Shown here one piece after another: positions 16,181 through 37,575 of a stretch of DNA of 64,000 bases. Both the position numbers and the translations under genes were made by a program. Source of the stretch: the human T2T-CHM13v2.0 reference genome, Homo sapiens; NCBI RefSeq assembly GCF_009914755.1, contig NC_060927.1, one strand, 5' to 3'. Within the stretch, counting starts at the first letter, position 1; every line of letters begins with the position of its first letter. The notes under the pieces are model-generated. The model did no database searches and had not been told where the DNA came from. It was given only the letters and a program-made list of their open reading frames with translations.

Positions 16181-19136
16181 GAGTTGTCTTCCATCTTCTC
16201 AGTTTATAGATAAAAAACATTGCATCAGATTGTTTGAGTCATTTATCCAAAATCAAAGTAGCCAGGTAGAGGCAAAAAGAAAAAGTCTCTTGATGCCCAG
16301 TCCAGTGCTCTTCTTAGTAAACCTTCCCAGAGAGTAGAGAACTTTCCAGTAAAAGAGACTCATTGTTTTAATGAATCCAATGAATCAATATTTTTATTGG
16401 TAAACAAATTCTAATATTCAATTCAAGAAACTAAATCAAGATTTATTTATCAATATGAACAACAAAAAAAAAACAAAATCATTTGAATGGCAAAAGGAGA
16501 ATGCATAAATATCCTTAGTAGGTATTAAACAAACAAATTCATGTATATTTAGGACAGACTCAAAATCTGTGCCTAGCAGTTTCTAAAAGAAGTAATATTC
16601 CTTGTCCTAGCTGTGCACACAGGATTTCAATGCACTTCCAATGCCATCTGCTTACTGTAGTTACCATCATCTCCTGCAGCACAAGTTTGAGAGGGCCAGA
16701 GTCAGAGTAGGCTTAATATTTGTCTCTATGTCTGAGATATTTCATAATTTAACCTTTTTTTTAAAGAAACAAAACTGTAAAAAAAATAGAACCATTACTG
16801 AATTCTTGCTTTCTAATAAACCACAACCATCAAATTAGTTAACTTTCCTTTTGCTGACATTGCTAGAATGTCCCAGAGACTGTTAACTAATTTGATAGCT
16901 CCATTTTTCTGTCACTTAACGACTGGAATTGTAAACAAGTCTCATTAAGTTTTGTGAACTCAGAGAATTTCATCCTGTAAAAATTTCATAGGGTAATTGT
17001 GACAATTAAATGTAAAAAATCTTGTTAAAATGTAAAGCTCTATATGTCTATAAATGCAGATGTGTAAGGGATGATGGTAGGGTTGGAGATATGTCATCTC
17101 ATAAGAGGTCAGGGAGTAACACCACTATCCATTCCTCTACTGGTCCATCTTTGCCCCAAGAGTACTGCCAGTGTGCACCAAAAGGATAATGCTGCGCTAG
17201 GCCACATCCCTGACAGAAAGACACACAGGGATCAGTACATTCTGCCCCTACTCTCACTGAATGTGCTACAGACACAGAAAGACATAGACTTCCTGCTCTT
17301 CTAGGAATCCTATTCTTGATCATTTGATGTTTTCCTAAAGCCTGAGAAACAGGTATTTTTATTTAAAGTGAAACAACCAAGATTTAGCACAAGTTGTTGA
17401 TAAGAGAAACACTAAAATTTCAATATCTCTCCTGTCTACAGCTCTGTCTCTCTCATATACTGCCTTATTGCATGGACTCACAGCCAGGCCACATGGTACG
17501 TATTCAATATGCTGACAACTGATGGTTTGAGAAACATTATCATGGAGAAGTCTGTCTAATATAAAGTAGTTACTTTCTAAATCTTTCTTCATTTGAAGTT
17601 AGTGCCTTTGAATTTCAGCAGATATGATTTTGAAATTGGTACAAATATCTACAGAAAAGTTCATTATATCATTTTTAATTTTAAATTTTTATAAATTTTG
17701 GTAGATTTACGGGGTACAAGTGCCATTTTGTAACATGGATACATGGTGTAGTGATGAAGTCTGGGCTTTTAGTATGTAAATTATAGAAACCATTTAAATA
17801 CTTCTTTTCATTCTTCATGTTTGTCTTTCTCATTCACACACATATATGTACAACAAAGAAAACTGATTTTTTATTCTCTGAATGATGTAAAATATCCTAA
17901 TAATTTAAATACATATGCATTATAGCATAGGGGTTGAATACTGGCTTTGTGACCTTGGACAAGTCCCTTAAATTCTCTACGCCATAATTTCCTTCTCTTT
18001 AAGAGAAGGATAATATTAATACCTACCTCATTATATTGTTCAGAGGATTAAGTAAATTAATACAAGTAATAAAGTACCTAGAACAATGTCTGGCCTATAA
18101 CTAATACATTAGTATTAGCTAATATTTTTAATTTTATTAAAATGACTCTAATTAGGTGATTATTGAGTATGGTTATTCTAAAACATTTAAAAGGGCAAAT
18201 ATCATTGTCCATTCTTGTGAGTAAGAAGCTTTTTACAATATTCTAAGTAACTGCTGATATGTTAGTATTTTTAGTTATTAGGCCCAGATTTAGAGTGAAA
18301 TGGCATGCTTCAATATCCAATCCAGAAAAATAAATTATGGTCTACCTCTTATAGTGGTCTACCATGAAGTCTACCAGCCTAATTCTATGACAAGATAATG
18401 AAGAAAAAGTCTCATCTCTCTTCCCCTTGGCATCTTTATGATGTTTTAACATTCAAGTGCATATCAGTACTTTGAATGCTTGGAAATTATACTGCCTCAA
18501 CATTTGTAGATATATGTACTCACACTATATATGCCTCGCATTACCAGTCTAGCTTCCGATGGCATGTGCTGCATTATAGGCTAGTTCTCATGATGGAAAA
18601 CTTTCTCTTCACATGAGCAGAATCATTCTACCTTCTCTGTAAAAATTCCTCTTGGGAGTTGGGATGGTGAAGGAGAGAATGAAGGTGTTTGTTTCCAGCT
18701 GATGCACAGAAAGATGGGACAGTTTGAATCAGCAGGCAGGAGAACCCAAGGAAATGAATGAGATGATCAATTTGGGGCAGCTCCAGAGAAAACCCATTAT
18801 GCTTTAGCCAATTAACAGACTTTCATTCATTTCCCCTCCTTCTCTAATCACCTCCTAGTAGTTGTGAATGAGGTGCACTGTGATCAGGTATTTATTAGTT
18901 GATACATTATGCAAGAAATAAATCTCTTAGCAGGAAAAAAGCACAGATCTAAATTTTTCCTCTTTGAATGATGAAATCCAGTAAGGTCTGAAGTTAGGTT
19001 TTCAGGAATATTGTGTTACTGTCAGGGTATAGTAACACAGAATCTATTGGAACAAAATGTACTTAGCTTGTAACCATGATTAATTAATATGGAAACATAG
19101 CCTTTGCAAAATTTACAGTGTGGCAACCTTGGCCAC

Positions 19137-20720
19137 ACCCAAAGCTGAATCAATCAAAAGAGTCTCATGCTCATGGATTGGAAGAATCAATGTCATTAAA
19201 ATGACCATACTGCCCAAAGCAATTTACAGATTCAATGCTATTCCTATCATACTAGCAATGTCATTCTTCACAGAATTAGAAAAAGCTACTTTAAAATTCA
19301 TGTGGAACCAAAAAAGAGCCTGAATAGCCAAAGTATCCTAAGCAAAAAGAACAAAGCCAGAGGCATCACACTATCCAACTTCCAACCACACTATAAGGCT
19401 ACAGTAACCAAAACAGAATGGTACTGGTACAAAAACAGACAAATAGACCAATGGAACAGGATAGAAAACTCAGAAATAAAGCTTCACATCTACAACCAAC
19501 TGATCTTCAACAAGTCTGACAAAAATGAACAATGGGGAAAGGACTTCCCATTCGATAAATGCTGCTGGGATAACTGGCTAGCCATATGTAGAATAAAAAA
19601 AACTGGAACCCTACCTTTTATCATATACCAAAATTAACTAAAAATTGATTAAATATTTAAATGTAAGACCTCAAACTATAAAAATTCTAGACGAAAACTT
19701 AGAAAATATCTTTTTCAACATTGGCCTTGGCAAAGAATTTATGGCCAAGCCCCCAAAAGCAATTGCAACAAAAACAAAAATTGACAAGTGGGACTTCATT
19801 AAACTAAAGAGCTTTTGCACAGCAAAATAAACTATCAACATACTAAACAGACAACCTACAGAATGGGAGAAAATATTCACAAACTAGGCATCTGACAAAG
19901 GTCTAATATCAAGAATCTATAGGGAATTTAAACAATTCAACCAGCAAAAAGCAAATAACCCCATTAAAAAGTAGGCAAAGGAAAAGACACTTCTCAAAAG
20001 AAGACATACATGAGGTCAATATATGAAAAAATGCTCAGCATCAGTAACACTCAGGGAAATGCAAATCAAAACTACAATGAAATACCATCTCACACCAGTC
20101 AGAATGGCTACTAAAAAGTGAGAAAATAACAGATGTTGATGAGGTTGCAGAGAAAAAGAAATGCTTATATACTATTAGTAGGAATGTAAATTAGTTCAGC
20201 CACTGTGAAAGCAGTTTGGAGATTTCTCAAAGAACTTAAAACAGAGCTACCATTCAAACCAGCAATCCCATATCATTATATCAAAAAGCCACATGCACTC
20301 ATATGTTCATCATTAGCTATTCATAACAGCAAAAACATGGAATCAATCGAGGTGCCCATCAATGGTGGATTGGATGAAGAAAATATGGTACATATACACC
20401 ATGGAATACTATGCAGCGATGAAAAAGAATGAACTCATGTCCTTTGCAGCAACTTGGATGGAATTGGAGGCCATAATCCTAAGTGAATTAATGTAGGAAC
20501 AGAAAGCCAAATACTGCATGTTCTCACTTATAAGTGAGAGGTAAACATTGAGCATATATGGATATAAACATAGGAACAATAGACACTGTGGACTACTAGA
20601 AGGCGGGTAGGTGTGGGTTGAAAAACTACATATTGGGTACTATGCTCACTACCTGGGTCCAATATACCCATGTAACAATCCTACACATGTATCCTTAATA
20701 TCTAAAATAACAGCTAAATT
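19137..20720 (+). mobile_element. 5'-truncated L1 (L1PB/L1MA-like): ORF2 C-terminus and 3' UTR, antisense to IMPG2
   Basis: ORF fragments [27 protein letters not shown] and [16 protein letters not shown], broken by stops and frameshifts. Confidence 0.92.
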
Positions 20721-22119
20721 TTTTAAGTCATCCTTTCGAATTGATTTCTCTTCCCTCTCTCTATGTATGGGTGTGTGTGCACATATGCTACACTACGAAC
20801 ACAAGTATGTTTTGATATTGGTCTGATTGGTTAAACAAAGTCAACCAAAGCAATATAAACTGTACATATTAAGATTATACTACATACACGCTTGGTGCTA
20901 GTTAATGTAGAGCTTACAACAAATCCTAAAACACAGTTCATTTCCTCAAGAATGTTACCTATTAGGGTTACAAAAATGAGTAAGATACTTTTTTTATTCA
21001 TTCATCAGGATCCTACAGAAACCTGCTAAAGGCTACATGGTAGGTTTTTCAAGAAGAGTCAGGCTTTAGGTATTTTGTGCAATTACTGATTTTATTCATA
21101 TTTTGGATTCCTGTAAGGGTATTACTAACTTAGGTTTTTGGTTGTTGTTATTGTAATAATTAAGTGAGGTGACATATTTTACACAGTAAAAGGCAGTATT
21201 AATAGAGGTTAAAAATCAGATGCTTAAGAATCAAATGACCTGGATTACCTTGAGTTATTTAAACTCTAATACTGCTTCTTCATCTATCAAATAAAGATAG
21301 TAAAAGTACATAATTCAGAGGGCTAAACTCAGAGGATTAAATAAATTAATACATGTAAAATATCTAGTATACTGTAAGCAATCAATAAATGTTAAAATGC
21401 TATTACATGTTTGATAATGTTAGTCAGGCAACAAATATGGAAATATAATGGCTCAAGGGTACTCTAAAAAACTATGGCTGAACCATAGAGTTTGAGAAGG
21501 AAACTGAGACAGATGAGGCTGGGCACAGGCCTAACTGTGAAGAGCCTTGCGGGTCATGTTAATTTTGATCTTAAAAGCAATGAGGAACTATTAAATTGTC
21601 TTACAGAGGAGAGGCACATGATCAAATTTATTCTTTTGAAGATTTCTGGCCAGGGTGGAGAGGAGGGCTCAGAGGGAAGTAGAGAGACCTCTTGGCAAGC
21701 CTTTGTACCAGCAAATAAGTGTTGATTATATGAATTAGTATAGGGACTGTGGGGTCAGAGAGAAATGGATGGAATCAAGAGATAATTAGAAAATAGGAGA
21801 AGAGAAGGAAGGGAGAAAGAAAGAGAAAAGAATATGGGCAACTAGATGGATGATAATGCCATTCATTCACTGATGAGAGGAACGTAGAAAGAAACAGATT
21901 TGTGACGAAATGATTGATATAGCTTCGGGCACGATGAACTTAGAGAGAGCTTAGAGAAGTTATACGAGCCAATAGACTGTGAAAGTTGGATGAGGTGACC
22001 TCTAAGGTTCCTTCTAGTTCTATCATTACAACTATAGATTTACAGATCCACTGTCTGTTGCAATGGCAATCACAAGGAATCTCTGAGCTCTGCCTCTCTG
22101 TGGTGAAGAAACCACACCC

Positions 22120-22428
22120 GGCCAGGCATAGTGGCTCACACCTGCAATCAATCCCAACACTTTGGGAGGCTGAGGCGGGCCAATTGCTTGAGCCCAGGAG
22201 ATCAAAACTAGCCTGGACAACATAGCAAAACCCTGTTTCTACAGAAAAATACAAAAAAGTTAGCTGGGCATGATGGTGTGTGCCTGTAGTCCCAACTACT
22301 TGGGAGGCAGAAGTGGAGGATCACTTAAGCCTGGGAGCACGAGGCTGCAGTGAGGTGTGATCATGCCACTGCACTCCAGCCTGGGTGACAGAGCAAGACC
22401 CTGTCTCTAAATAAATAAATGTAAAAAA
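22120..22428 (+). mobile_element. AluJ
   Basis: Diverged Alu with J-type ttgagcccaggag / gaggctgcagtgag. Confidence 0.9.
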
Positions 22429-23377
22429 TAAAACAGAGTAAACCACACCCAAGAGACCACTTGGCCCATATTTAAGTAAATGCTCAATCCCACACCCTGG
22501 TATAGACTCAGTGCCATTGGCTGTTTGAATAAGACCACACAGAGTCCCACTTCTTTCCTATTCATTTGTGTTTGATTTGAAACCTGGATATACCCCACTA
22601 CCACCCACATATATATTCCATTTATGGTTTTGCCCTGACTCTGATGCCCAGGTTGGATCTCTGTACACTGACTCACCTACTTGGTTTTTTCAATCTGTCC
22701 TTCCCTCTAATTTGAGGCAAAATTCTGAACTATGACCTGGATTGCATGCTCTAGTGGTACCTTCCTATATAACTACTCACATGCTGTTATAATTTAGATG
22801 CTCCGAGGATGAATAGAATTGGAAAGCTTTAGCCCCTGTAGGCTCAAAATCCCTTACCTTCTGTCATCTTCTTTGTACTAATACTTCCCAGAAGCCAGAA
22901 ACGACCTTAGCTCTAAGCCCACAGTGAACAGAGTCAAGAATCATAATAGGTTATGCTATTCCTATGTTTCAAGAACATAATCATCAATAGTCAATAAATT
23001 GATCCATAGCACCACCCATCATTTAATAAACTATTCTCCACTGTGGTGTACAATTTCATAACAATTTCATCATTAGCCTTTAAACCTCAACAATAGGTCA
23101 CTCCATATAAACCATAAATCTGTTTTCTTATCTAAGAGAGGAGCAAGTTTGCCTCATAATAAGTTCAGACAGCAAATGCGCACAGTGGCTGTGGTCATGG
23201 TCTGAAAAGAAAGGTGGCTTGGGAATGAGGAAAAATATTTGGGACTTATCCACAGGCCTGGTCATTGCGAACTGGCAAGAAAATAGAAAGGCACCATTAA
23301 ATTTGGGGTGAGTCTTGAATTAGGCTATGACACATCTGTGTTGCCAAACATGAATTTTGGGAAAAAGAGACACTCAC

Positions 23378-23409
23378 CTGCTTACAGTTTCCTTTGCATA
23401 AGTCAGTTT
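23378..23409 (-). CDS. IMPG2: IMPG2 exon 4 (32-nt small exon; KLTYAKETVS)
   Basis: Acceptor ccttag|AAA, donor CAG|gtgagt. Phase 0-2 bridges exons 3 and 5 exactly. Confidence 0.95.
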
Positions 23410-25963
23410 CTAAGGAAAACAAAGATATAAAAATGACTGAGTTAACAACAGTTATTAAGGAGTAAATAAAACTTATTTCATAGAGACCACTACTGCCCTA
23501 CCATGGTAGAATCTATGTTAGTACTCTCTATGGTTAGACAAGTGATTAAAACATGTAATAATGATACCAAGTTTGTTTTGTGACTATAGCAACACCCTGA
23601 CATTCAGTCTCTGCTTATATGCACAGAAGTTCCTATGTTCTTTCTTAATGGGCTCAAATAACAGGCTTGATCTGCCAATCATCTTATGAACATATAAAAG
23701 TTACAGACTTGCAGAGTTTTACATAAACCTGCCATGGATTTAGAATCAAATAATTTTTTATCTAATGTATTTATAGTAATTCTCATCCTAGAACAATGTA
23801 AACATGTGGATAAAACAATTGATGTTTGTTTCTACAGAATTCAGACAAAAAAGACATATCATATCAATAATTGGATTATTCCCCAGGGGCATTCTAAAGC
23901 AAATTTCCTGCAAGTTTCCCTTAAATTAGGATTGTTATTTTGAGATCAATATGATAGAAGGAATAGTGACTTGGAATCAGGAGACCCAGTTTCAAGTTCC
24001 AGTTTCCCCTCCTTAGCTATACAGGAAAATCCCAAAATCTCTCTGGTGCCAGGCCTCAATTTCCTCATCAGTAAAACAAAGAGACTGTTATTCTAAATAC
24101 CTCTCATTGCATTTAGAAATGACTCACTGCTCTTCTTGCTCTACAGACTCTCCCAGAATAATCTCAGCCACTCTCATGGTTTCAGTTACAGGCATACCTC
24201 TGATATATTACAGGTTTGGTTCCAGACCAAATAAAAGTTCAATAAAGCAAATATCCCAATAAAGCAAGTCACATATTTTTTGGTTTCCTAGTGTATATAA
24301 AAGTTATGCTTACATTATACTGTAGTCTATTAAAAGTGCAATAACATTACATCTAAAAAAGGTATATACCTTAATTTTAAAATACTTTATTGCTAAAAAA
24401 TGCAAACAATCCTCTGAGCTTTCAGCAAGTCATCATCTTTCTGCTTCTGGAGGGTCTTGCCTCCAAGTTGATGGCTGCTGACTAATCAGAATGATGGCTG
24501 CTGATGATTGAGGTAACTGTGGCAATTTCATAAAAATAAGACAACAATGAATTTGGCCGCATCAATTGATTTTTTCTTTCACGAAAGAGTTCCCTGTGAT
24601 ATGTAATGCAGTTGATAACATTTTATCTAAAAGTCCTCTTAAAATTGGAGTCAATCTTCTCAAATCCTGTCACTTCTTTATCAACTGAGTTTATCTAATA
24701 GTCTAAATCCTTTATTGTCATTTCAATACTGTTCACAGCATCTTTACCAGAAGTAGATTCCATCTGAAGGAACAACTTTCTTTGCTCATTCATAAGAAGA
24801 AATTTCTCATTCATTCAAGTATTATTATGAAATTGTAGCAATTTAGCCTCATCTTCAGGCTGTACTTCTACGTCTAGTTCTCTTGCTATTTCCACCACAT
24901 CTGCAGTTACTTCCTCTACTGAAGTCTTGAACCCCTCGAAGTCATCCATGAGAGTCGGAATCAACGTCTTCCAAATCCCTATTAATGTTGGTATTTTGAT
25001 CTCACCTATTGAGTCATGAATGTTGTCAGTGCCATCTAGATGGTAAATCCTTTCCTGAAGATTTTCAGTTCACTTTGCCTAGATCCATCAAAGAAATCAC
25101 TATCTACGGCAGCTGTATGAAAAGTATTTCTAAAATCACAACACTGAAAAGTTGAAATTAGTCCTTACTCCATGGGCTGCAGAATAAATATTGTATTGGC
25201 AGGCATGAAAACAACATTAATCTCCTTGTACATCCCCATCAGAGCTCTTGGGTGGCTATGAGCATTGCCCATAAGCAGTGATACTTGGAAAAAAAAAATT
25301 TTCTGAGCAGTAGGTTTCAAAGGTGGGCTTAAAAGATTCAGTAAACCATACTGTAAACAGATGTGGTGCCATCAGACTTTTTTGTTCCATTTATAGAGCA
25401 TAAGTAGAGTAGATTTAGCAAATTTCTTAAGGGTCCTAGGATTTTTGGCATGGTAAATAAGTATTGCCTTCTAATTTAAGTCACTAGCTGCATTATCCCA
25501 TAACAAGAAATTCAGTCTGTCCTTCATTGAAGCCAGGTATTGACTTCTCTCTAGCTATTGAAGTTCTAGATGGCATCTTTGTCCAATAGAAGGCTGCTTC
25601 ATCCACATTAAAAGTCTGTTGTTCCATGTAGCCACCTTCATAAATTATCTTAGCTAGATCTTCTAGACAACTTGCTACAGCTTCTGCATCAGCACTTGCT
25701 TATGTTATAAAGATAGCTTCTTTTCTTAACTACATAAACCAACCTCTGCTATCTTCCAACTATTCTTCTGAAGCTTCCTCGCCTCTCTCAGCCTTCATAG
25801 AATTGAAAAGAGTGAAGCCTTGCTCTGGATCTGGCTTTGGTTAAGGGAATGTTATGGCTGGTTTGATCTTCCACTCCGACCACTAAAACTTTCTCCATAT
25901 CAGCAAGAAGGCTGTTTTGCTTACTTATCACTAATATGCTCACTGGAATAGCACTTTAAATTT

Positions 25964-32709
<6,746 letters not shown>

Positions 32710-33347
32710 CACTTTTAATTTCTTTCAAGAACTTTTCCTTTGCGTTCACAACTTAGCTAACTATTTGGTGCAAGAGACCTAGCTTAAGGCCTATCTCAGT
32801 TTTTGACATACTTTCCTCACTATACTTAATCATTTCTAACTTTTGATTTAAAGTGAGAGACATGCTATTCTTCTTTTCACTTGAACACTTAGAAGCCATT
32901 GTCGGGTTATTAACTGGCCTAATCTCAATATTGCTGTAACTCAGGGAATAGGGAGGCCTGAGGAGACGGCTTGAGGCCTGAGAGACCAAGGAAAAGTCAG
33001 TCGGTGGAGTTGTTGAAACACAAACAACATTTATCAATTAAGCTTGTTGTCTTACATGGATATTGTTCATGGCACTCCACAACAATTACAATAGTGATTG
33101 TAATTGTAATAATCAAAGATCACTGATCACAGATCACATAAGAGATAAAGAAAATAATTTTTTAAAATTTCGAATATTTTGAGAATTACCAAAATGTGAG
33201 ACAGAGACACAAAGTGAGCACATGCTGTTGGAAGAATGGTACTAACAGACTTGCTTGACACAGGGTTGTCATAAACCTTTGATTTGTAAAAAATGCAGTA
33301 TCTGTGAAGCACAATAAAGGGCAGCACAATAAAATAAAGTATGCCCG

Positions 33348-34070
33348 CACTAAGTCCAAAATGGTGATTCCTATAGCAACATTGGCATCCCAGACCCCTA
33401 TCCTTGGCTTCATACCCAAATAGCAAACAATTCACATTTCACACAGGTGGTTCAAATGAATACATCAAAAGTGAACTCATTCTCCCTGCCACATCTACAA
33501 AGCTGCTTCTTTGCCCTCGTTATTGGTCTTAGTTACCCAAGCCAGAAACTGGAAGGCTTCTTGGGCCATTCCTTCACCCTGTCTCGACCCATCAGTGTCC
33601 TACTAATTTTGTTCCTATTTACATCTCTCAAGTTTCCTTTGTCTATCTCATGGTCTGGTTGGTATCTTTATCCTCTTTGGCCTGGAGTACTGATGCAACA
33701 CCCTACCTTGTCTCTCTGTTCCAGTTTTATCTCCTATAATCCATCCTATGCTATGTAGAAACCGTAACGACCTTTTTAAAATTCAAAACTGCCAAATCAG
33801 CTCCTGCAACTTACCTACCTACAACCCTTCAATGGTTTCCTGCGATCTACAGAGTTAAATCCAAGCTTGTTCAGTTATCCATTGTTTTAGTCTGATCTCC
33901 TGTCATTCCTAGTCTACCTCTTTGGTATATTGGCCGAGGTCATTCCCTACAAACACTTGGCTCGTGCTGTCCTTTCTGCCTAGAATGTTTATCCCCAGCT
34001 CTTCTTCATTTAAGTAACTTGTACTTATCATTTACAACTCTATCTAGGCAACACATCATTCCCTTCATCT
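33348..34070 (-). mobile_element. L2 fragment continuing the L2 at about 24125-24188 across the Tigger1 insertion
   Basis: ...cactctcatggtttcagtta | ...tcccagaccc...catcaaaagtgaactcat follows the order of the recalled L2 consensus. Confidence 0.65.
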
Positions 34071-36045
34071 GCTTTTTCTATTAAATAATTATTGGAAGTA
34101 TATTTTCTATGCCTTCAAATATAAATTTACTAAAAGTTCCACTTGTAAGAGATACATTCCAAGGTAACATCAGAAGATTCTGTTCTTCTGGTAATACTAA
34201 CCCATCATATATATTTGCCACACTAATGGCTGATCCTATATTGCGGACATAATTAAGATAGGCAATGCAATTAGAAATATAAGTATGTATATGTGTGTGT
34301 ATGTCTATATATTTTCCATTAAATAGCTATCCCATGTTAGCCACTGCAATTTGTAAAATTGGTAATGATTGAGAAAGGAGGCCCAATGGTGTGAAGGGAA
34401 AAGACATCAATTTTGGAAAAGAGAACTGGGTTTGGATTTAAGCTCCATCATATCTGGTTTTATGTTATAGAATAAAGAATTTAATAATTATATGTCCATA
34501 TCTGTAAAATGGGGACATTACCACCTCCTTATAAGGTTGCTGTTATAACATCTAATAATTTATTGATGAGCTTGATACATGACATGGTACATGGTAGATA
34601 CTGAATAAATAGTAGCTATCAACATAGTTATTAATACTGAGCAGTTAAAAATGTAGCAGGCAAAAAACACATGCAATACGTTTCATTAAAATGTGAGGTG
34701 CCATGATTAAAAGTTGCGTTCATTTTAAAACACACAAAACCCTGCACAGCTTCAAAACATTTATACCCTCGCAAAATTTGTCTTTGGTCCACCCACGTTT
34801 ATCAAACCATCCTTCTCTCCCCAACGTCCCCCATTTAATAAGATCATTCCTCTCTTGGACTAAATGTTAAAAGAATATAATTCTTCTACTATAAATAAAA
34901 TTTAAAAATAGAATAGGATACTATATTTTATTACCTTTACGATATACTAATCTGATTTGATTATACACAAAATAGCTCAGTGTTATTCAGTCAATAATTA
35001 TTTCCTCAGTCTCTGTAAGGTATGTAATACTTAGAACCAGTACTTAAAATAATCTTCATAAAGTTTATAAATTGTACCAAGTAAAAAAATACAATGTGGT
35101 TATTGCTCATATACTCATTTAAACAAACATCTATTGCATATTTACTACCTTATGGGAATGCAAAAATGAACAAACAATGACATAATCCTTGCCTTTTGAC
35201 TCATAGTCTAGAAGAGGAATTAGTCACATATACAAGCAATCATCATAAAATATAAACAGTACAGTATTAAAAATGAATAAAGAATTGTGGGAGCTCAAAG
35301 AATAATGGTAGCTAAATCTTCTAGGCTGAGGTTTGGTTCCTTGCAAGGGAAGTTACATATGAGGACACAGAGGAACTGAATAGATGGACAGGGAGATATA
35401 CGGAATAACAAACAGCATGAACAATTTGCCACGTACGTCTGGACAGTTTCACTTTCTTGTCATGAATACATATGTGCTACACGAAAAGGGAAAAGTGGCA
35501 GGTAATTTGTCTTTATGCATGTTTATTTATCCTTTGCTAAGAGTAAAACAATGTCTAAAACAAGGAAAACAAGTGAGCACACTCATTATTAGAATCATAC
35601 CTATGCCTCACTAAACATTTATTCAAATGAACTATGTCCTCTATCTTAATTAGAGTTATTGCTATTCACTCTGAGTTGATAACATGTAAAACTTTGGCAA
35701 AAATGTTTGACTCTCACGGATTTATATTCTTAACCTAAACCTTTGCTGAATATTATTTCCAAATATTTACATCTATAAACAAGGCTGAGGCTCTTGTCTG
35801 AGTTAATAATGTCTTCTTTTTCTTTTTGTGGACAGAATAACATGAAAATATTAATAATGTATATTATAGAGGCCAGAGCTAGGAATAAAAGACTAGGCCA
35901 CACCCTAGGGCAGCTTACTCAGATAGCCCAATTCAACAAAAGAGTAATACAGGCATTTGCCACTTGCTTTTGCTTCCTTTAGGCCTTAGCTGTGTAAATG
36001 CTCCTACAATAGTCCAGGAATCCCTTCCTTTGTTGTGACACTTAC

Positions 36046-36212
36046 CTTCATGATTAAGCTTCTATGTTCCACAGATTCACTAAAATTTGTGCCCATTTCA
36101 AATATACTTGTGACTCCATCCTCACACAAATTCATCCAGTAATGATATTCCTCACGCCCAGGAAGTCGATCCCAAAAAGTCCTGAAGGCTTCCCAGACAG
36201 CTTCCTGACACA
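36046..36212 (-). CDS. IMPG2: IMPG2 exon 3 (167 nt; [30 protein letters not shown]...HRSLIMK)
   Basis: Lies inside ORF 36004..36252. Acceptor ttctag|TGT, donor AAG|gtaagt, phase 1-0. Confidence 0.97.
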
Positions 36213-36904
36213 CTAGAAAATAGAGAGGTGTTTTTTTACAAAAAGCTAACATGCTCTGGGGTTCTTACAATGATCATAGACTGATTCGTACAGATTCCTT
36301 GAGACACTGAAGTGTCCTTTCTGGAGGGATGTAGGAATGATTCTCAGTCAAAGGCCTTCTGTATGTATGTCCAGTTTAAACTTTTCATTTCTGAAGAGAA
36401 TTTATATTTCCCATTCCTTTCTCTTACAAAGAGAATTGATTCATCTCTTCATGAGCTGGAGTGTCTCTCCCATCTCTTAAAAAAGTCCATGTTTATACTT
36501 CACAAAAGTGGAGCTGATATTGAGTATACTGTATTTAATCCAATGTTTTCCTAATGGACACTGTGATTTTCAGTTTCCTTAATGTTTGCAGATGTTCTCC
36601 TGAAATCATAACTTCAAAAATCAGCTTCTTTGCTTTTCATGATCACTGGGGAAGGAGACACTGACGTTTATAAATGGCCTGGAGCTTTTTGGCTAAATGC
36701 AGTGACATAACTGCATTGCATCTACTTGCTCAAAAAGTCATCACATATTTCTGATAAAAAAAAAAAAACAGGAGTATTCAAACTTTTCCTCAAAGCTTAC
36801 AGGAAGCAGAAAGTACTACATAAAATCAAGTAGAAGATATCCACCTGAAATTATCACTCTCAAACTACTATATTTCATATCTGAGAACAGAAAATAATAA
36901 TATT

Positions 36905-37575
36905 TTTTATACATAAAAATTTATGTTCACACAAAAACCTGCATACGGGTATTTAAAGTCGCTTTATTCATAATTGCCAAAACTTGGGGGTGATGAAGAT
37001 GTCCTTCAATAGGTGAAAGGATGAACAAACTGTGATATATCTAAAATATTATTCAATGATAAACAGAAATGAACTTTCAAGCCATAAAAGACATGGAGAA
37101 AACTTTAATGCACATTGCTAAGTAGAGGAAGCCAATCTGAAATGACTGCATACTGGTGATTCCAATATCATTCTGGAAAAGGCAAAACTATGGAGACAGT
37201 AAAAAGATCAGTGGTTTCCAGGGGTTGAGGGAGACAGGGATGAATAGGAGGAGCATAGCAGATTTTTAGGGCAGTGAGAGTACTCCATATGATACTATAA
37301 TGGAGGATACATGTCGTTATACATTTGTCAAAACCCATAGAATGTACAACACAAAAAGTGAACCCTAATGTTAACTATGAACTTCAGTTAAGAATAATGT
37401 GTCAATATTGGCACATAAATTGTAACACATATGCCACAATATTATAAAATGTTAATAACAGGGAAAAGTGGTGGGGGAGTTGAGGGAATACATGGTAACT
37501 CTCTAAACACACTGCTCAATTTTTCTGTAAACCTAAAACTGCTCTAAGAAATATAGCCTATTAATTTAAGAAAAA
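36905..37575 (+). mobile_element. L1MB/MC 3' end
   Basis: ggaaaaggcaaaactatggagacagtaaaaagatcagtgg and gtgaaccctaatgttaactatg are typical of L1MC. Confidence 0.8.
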
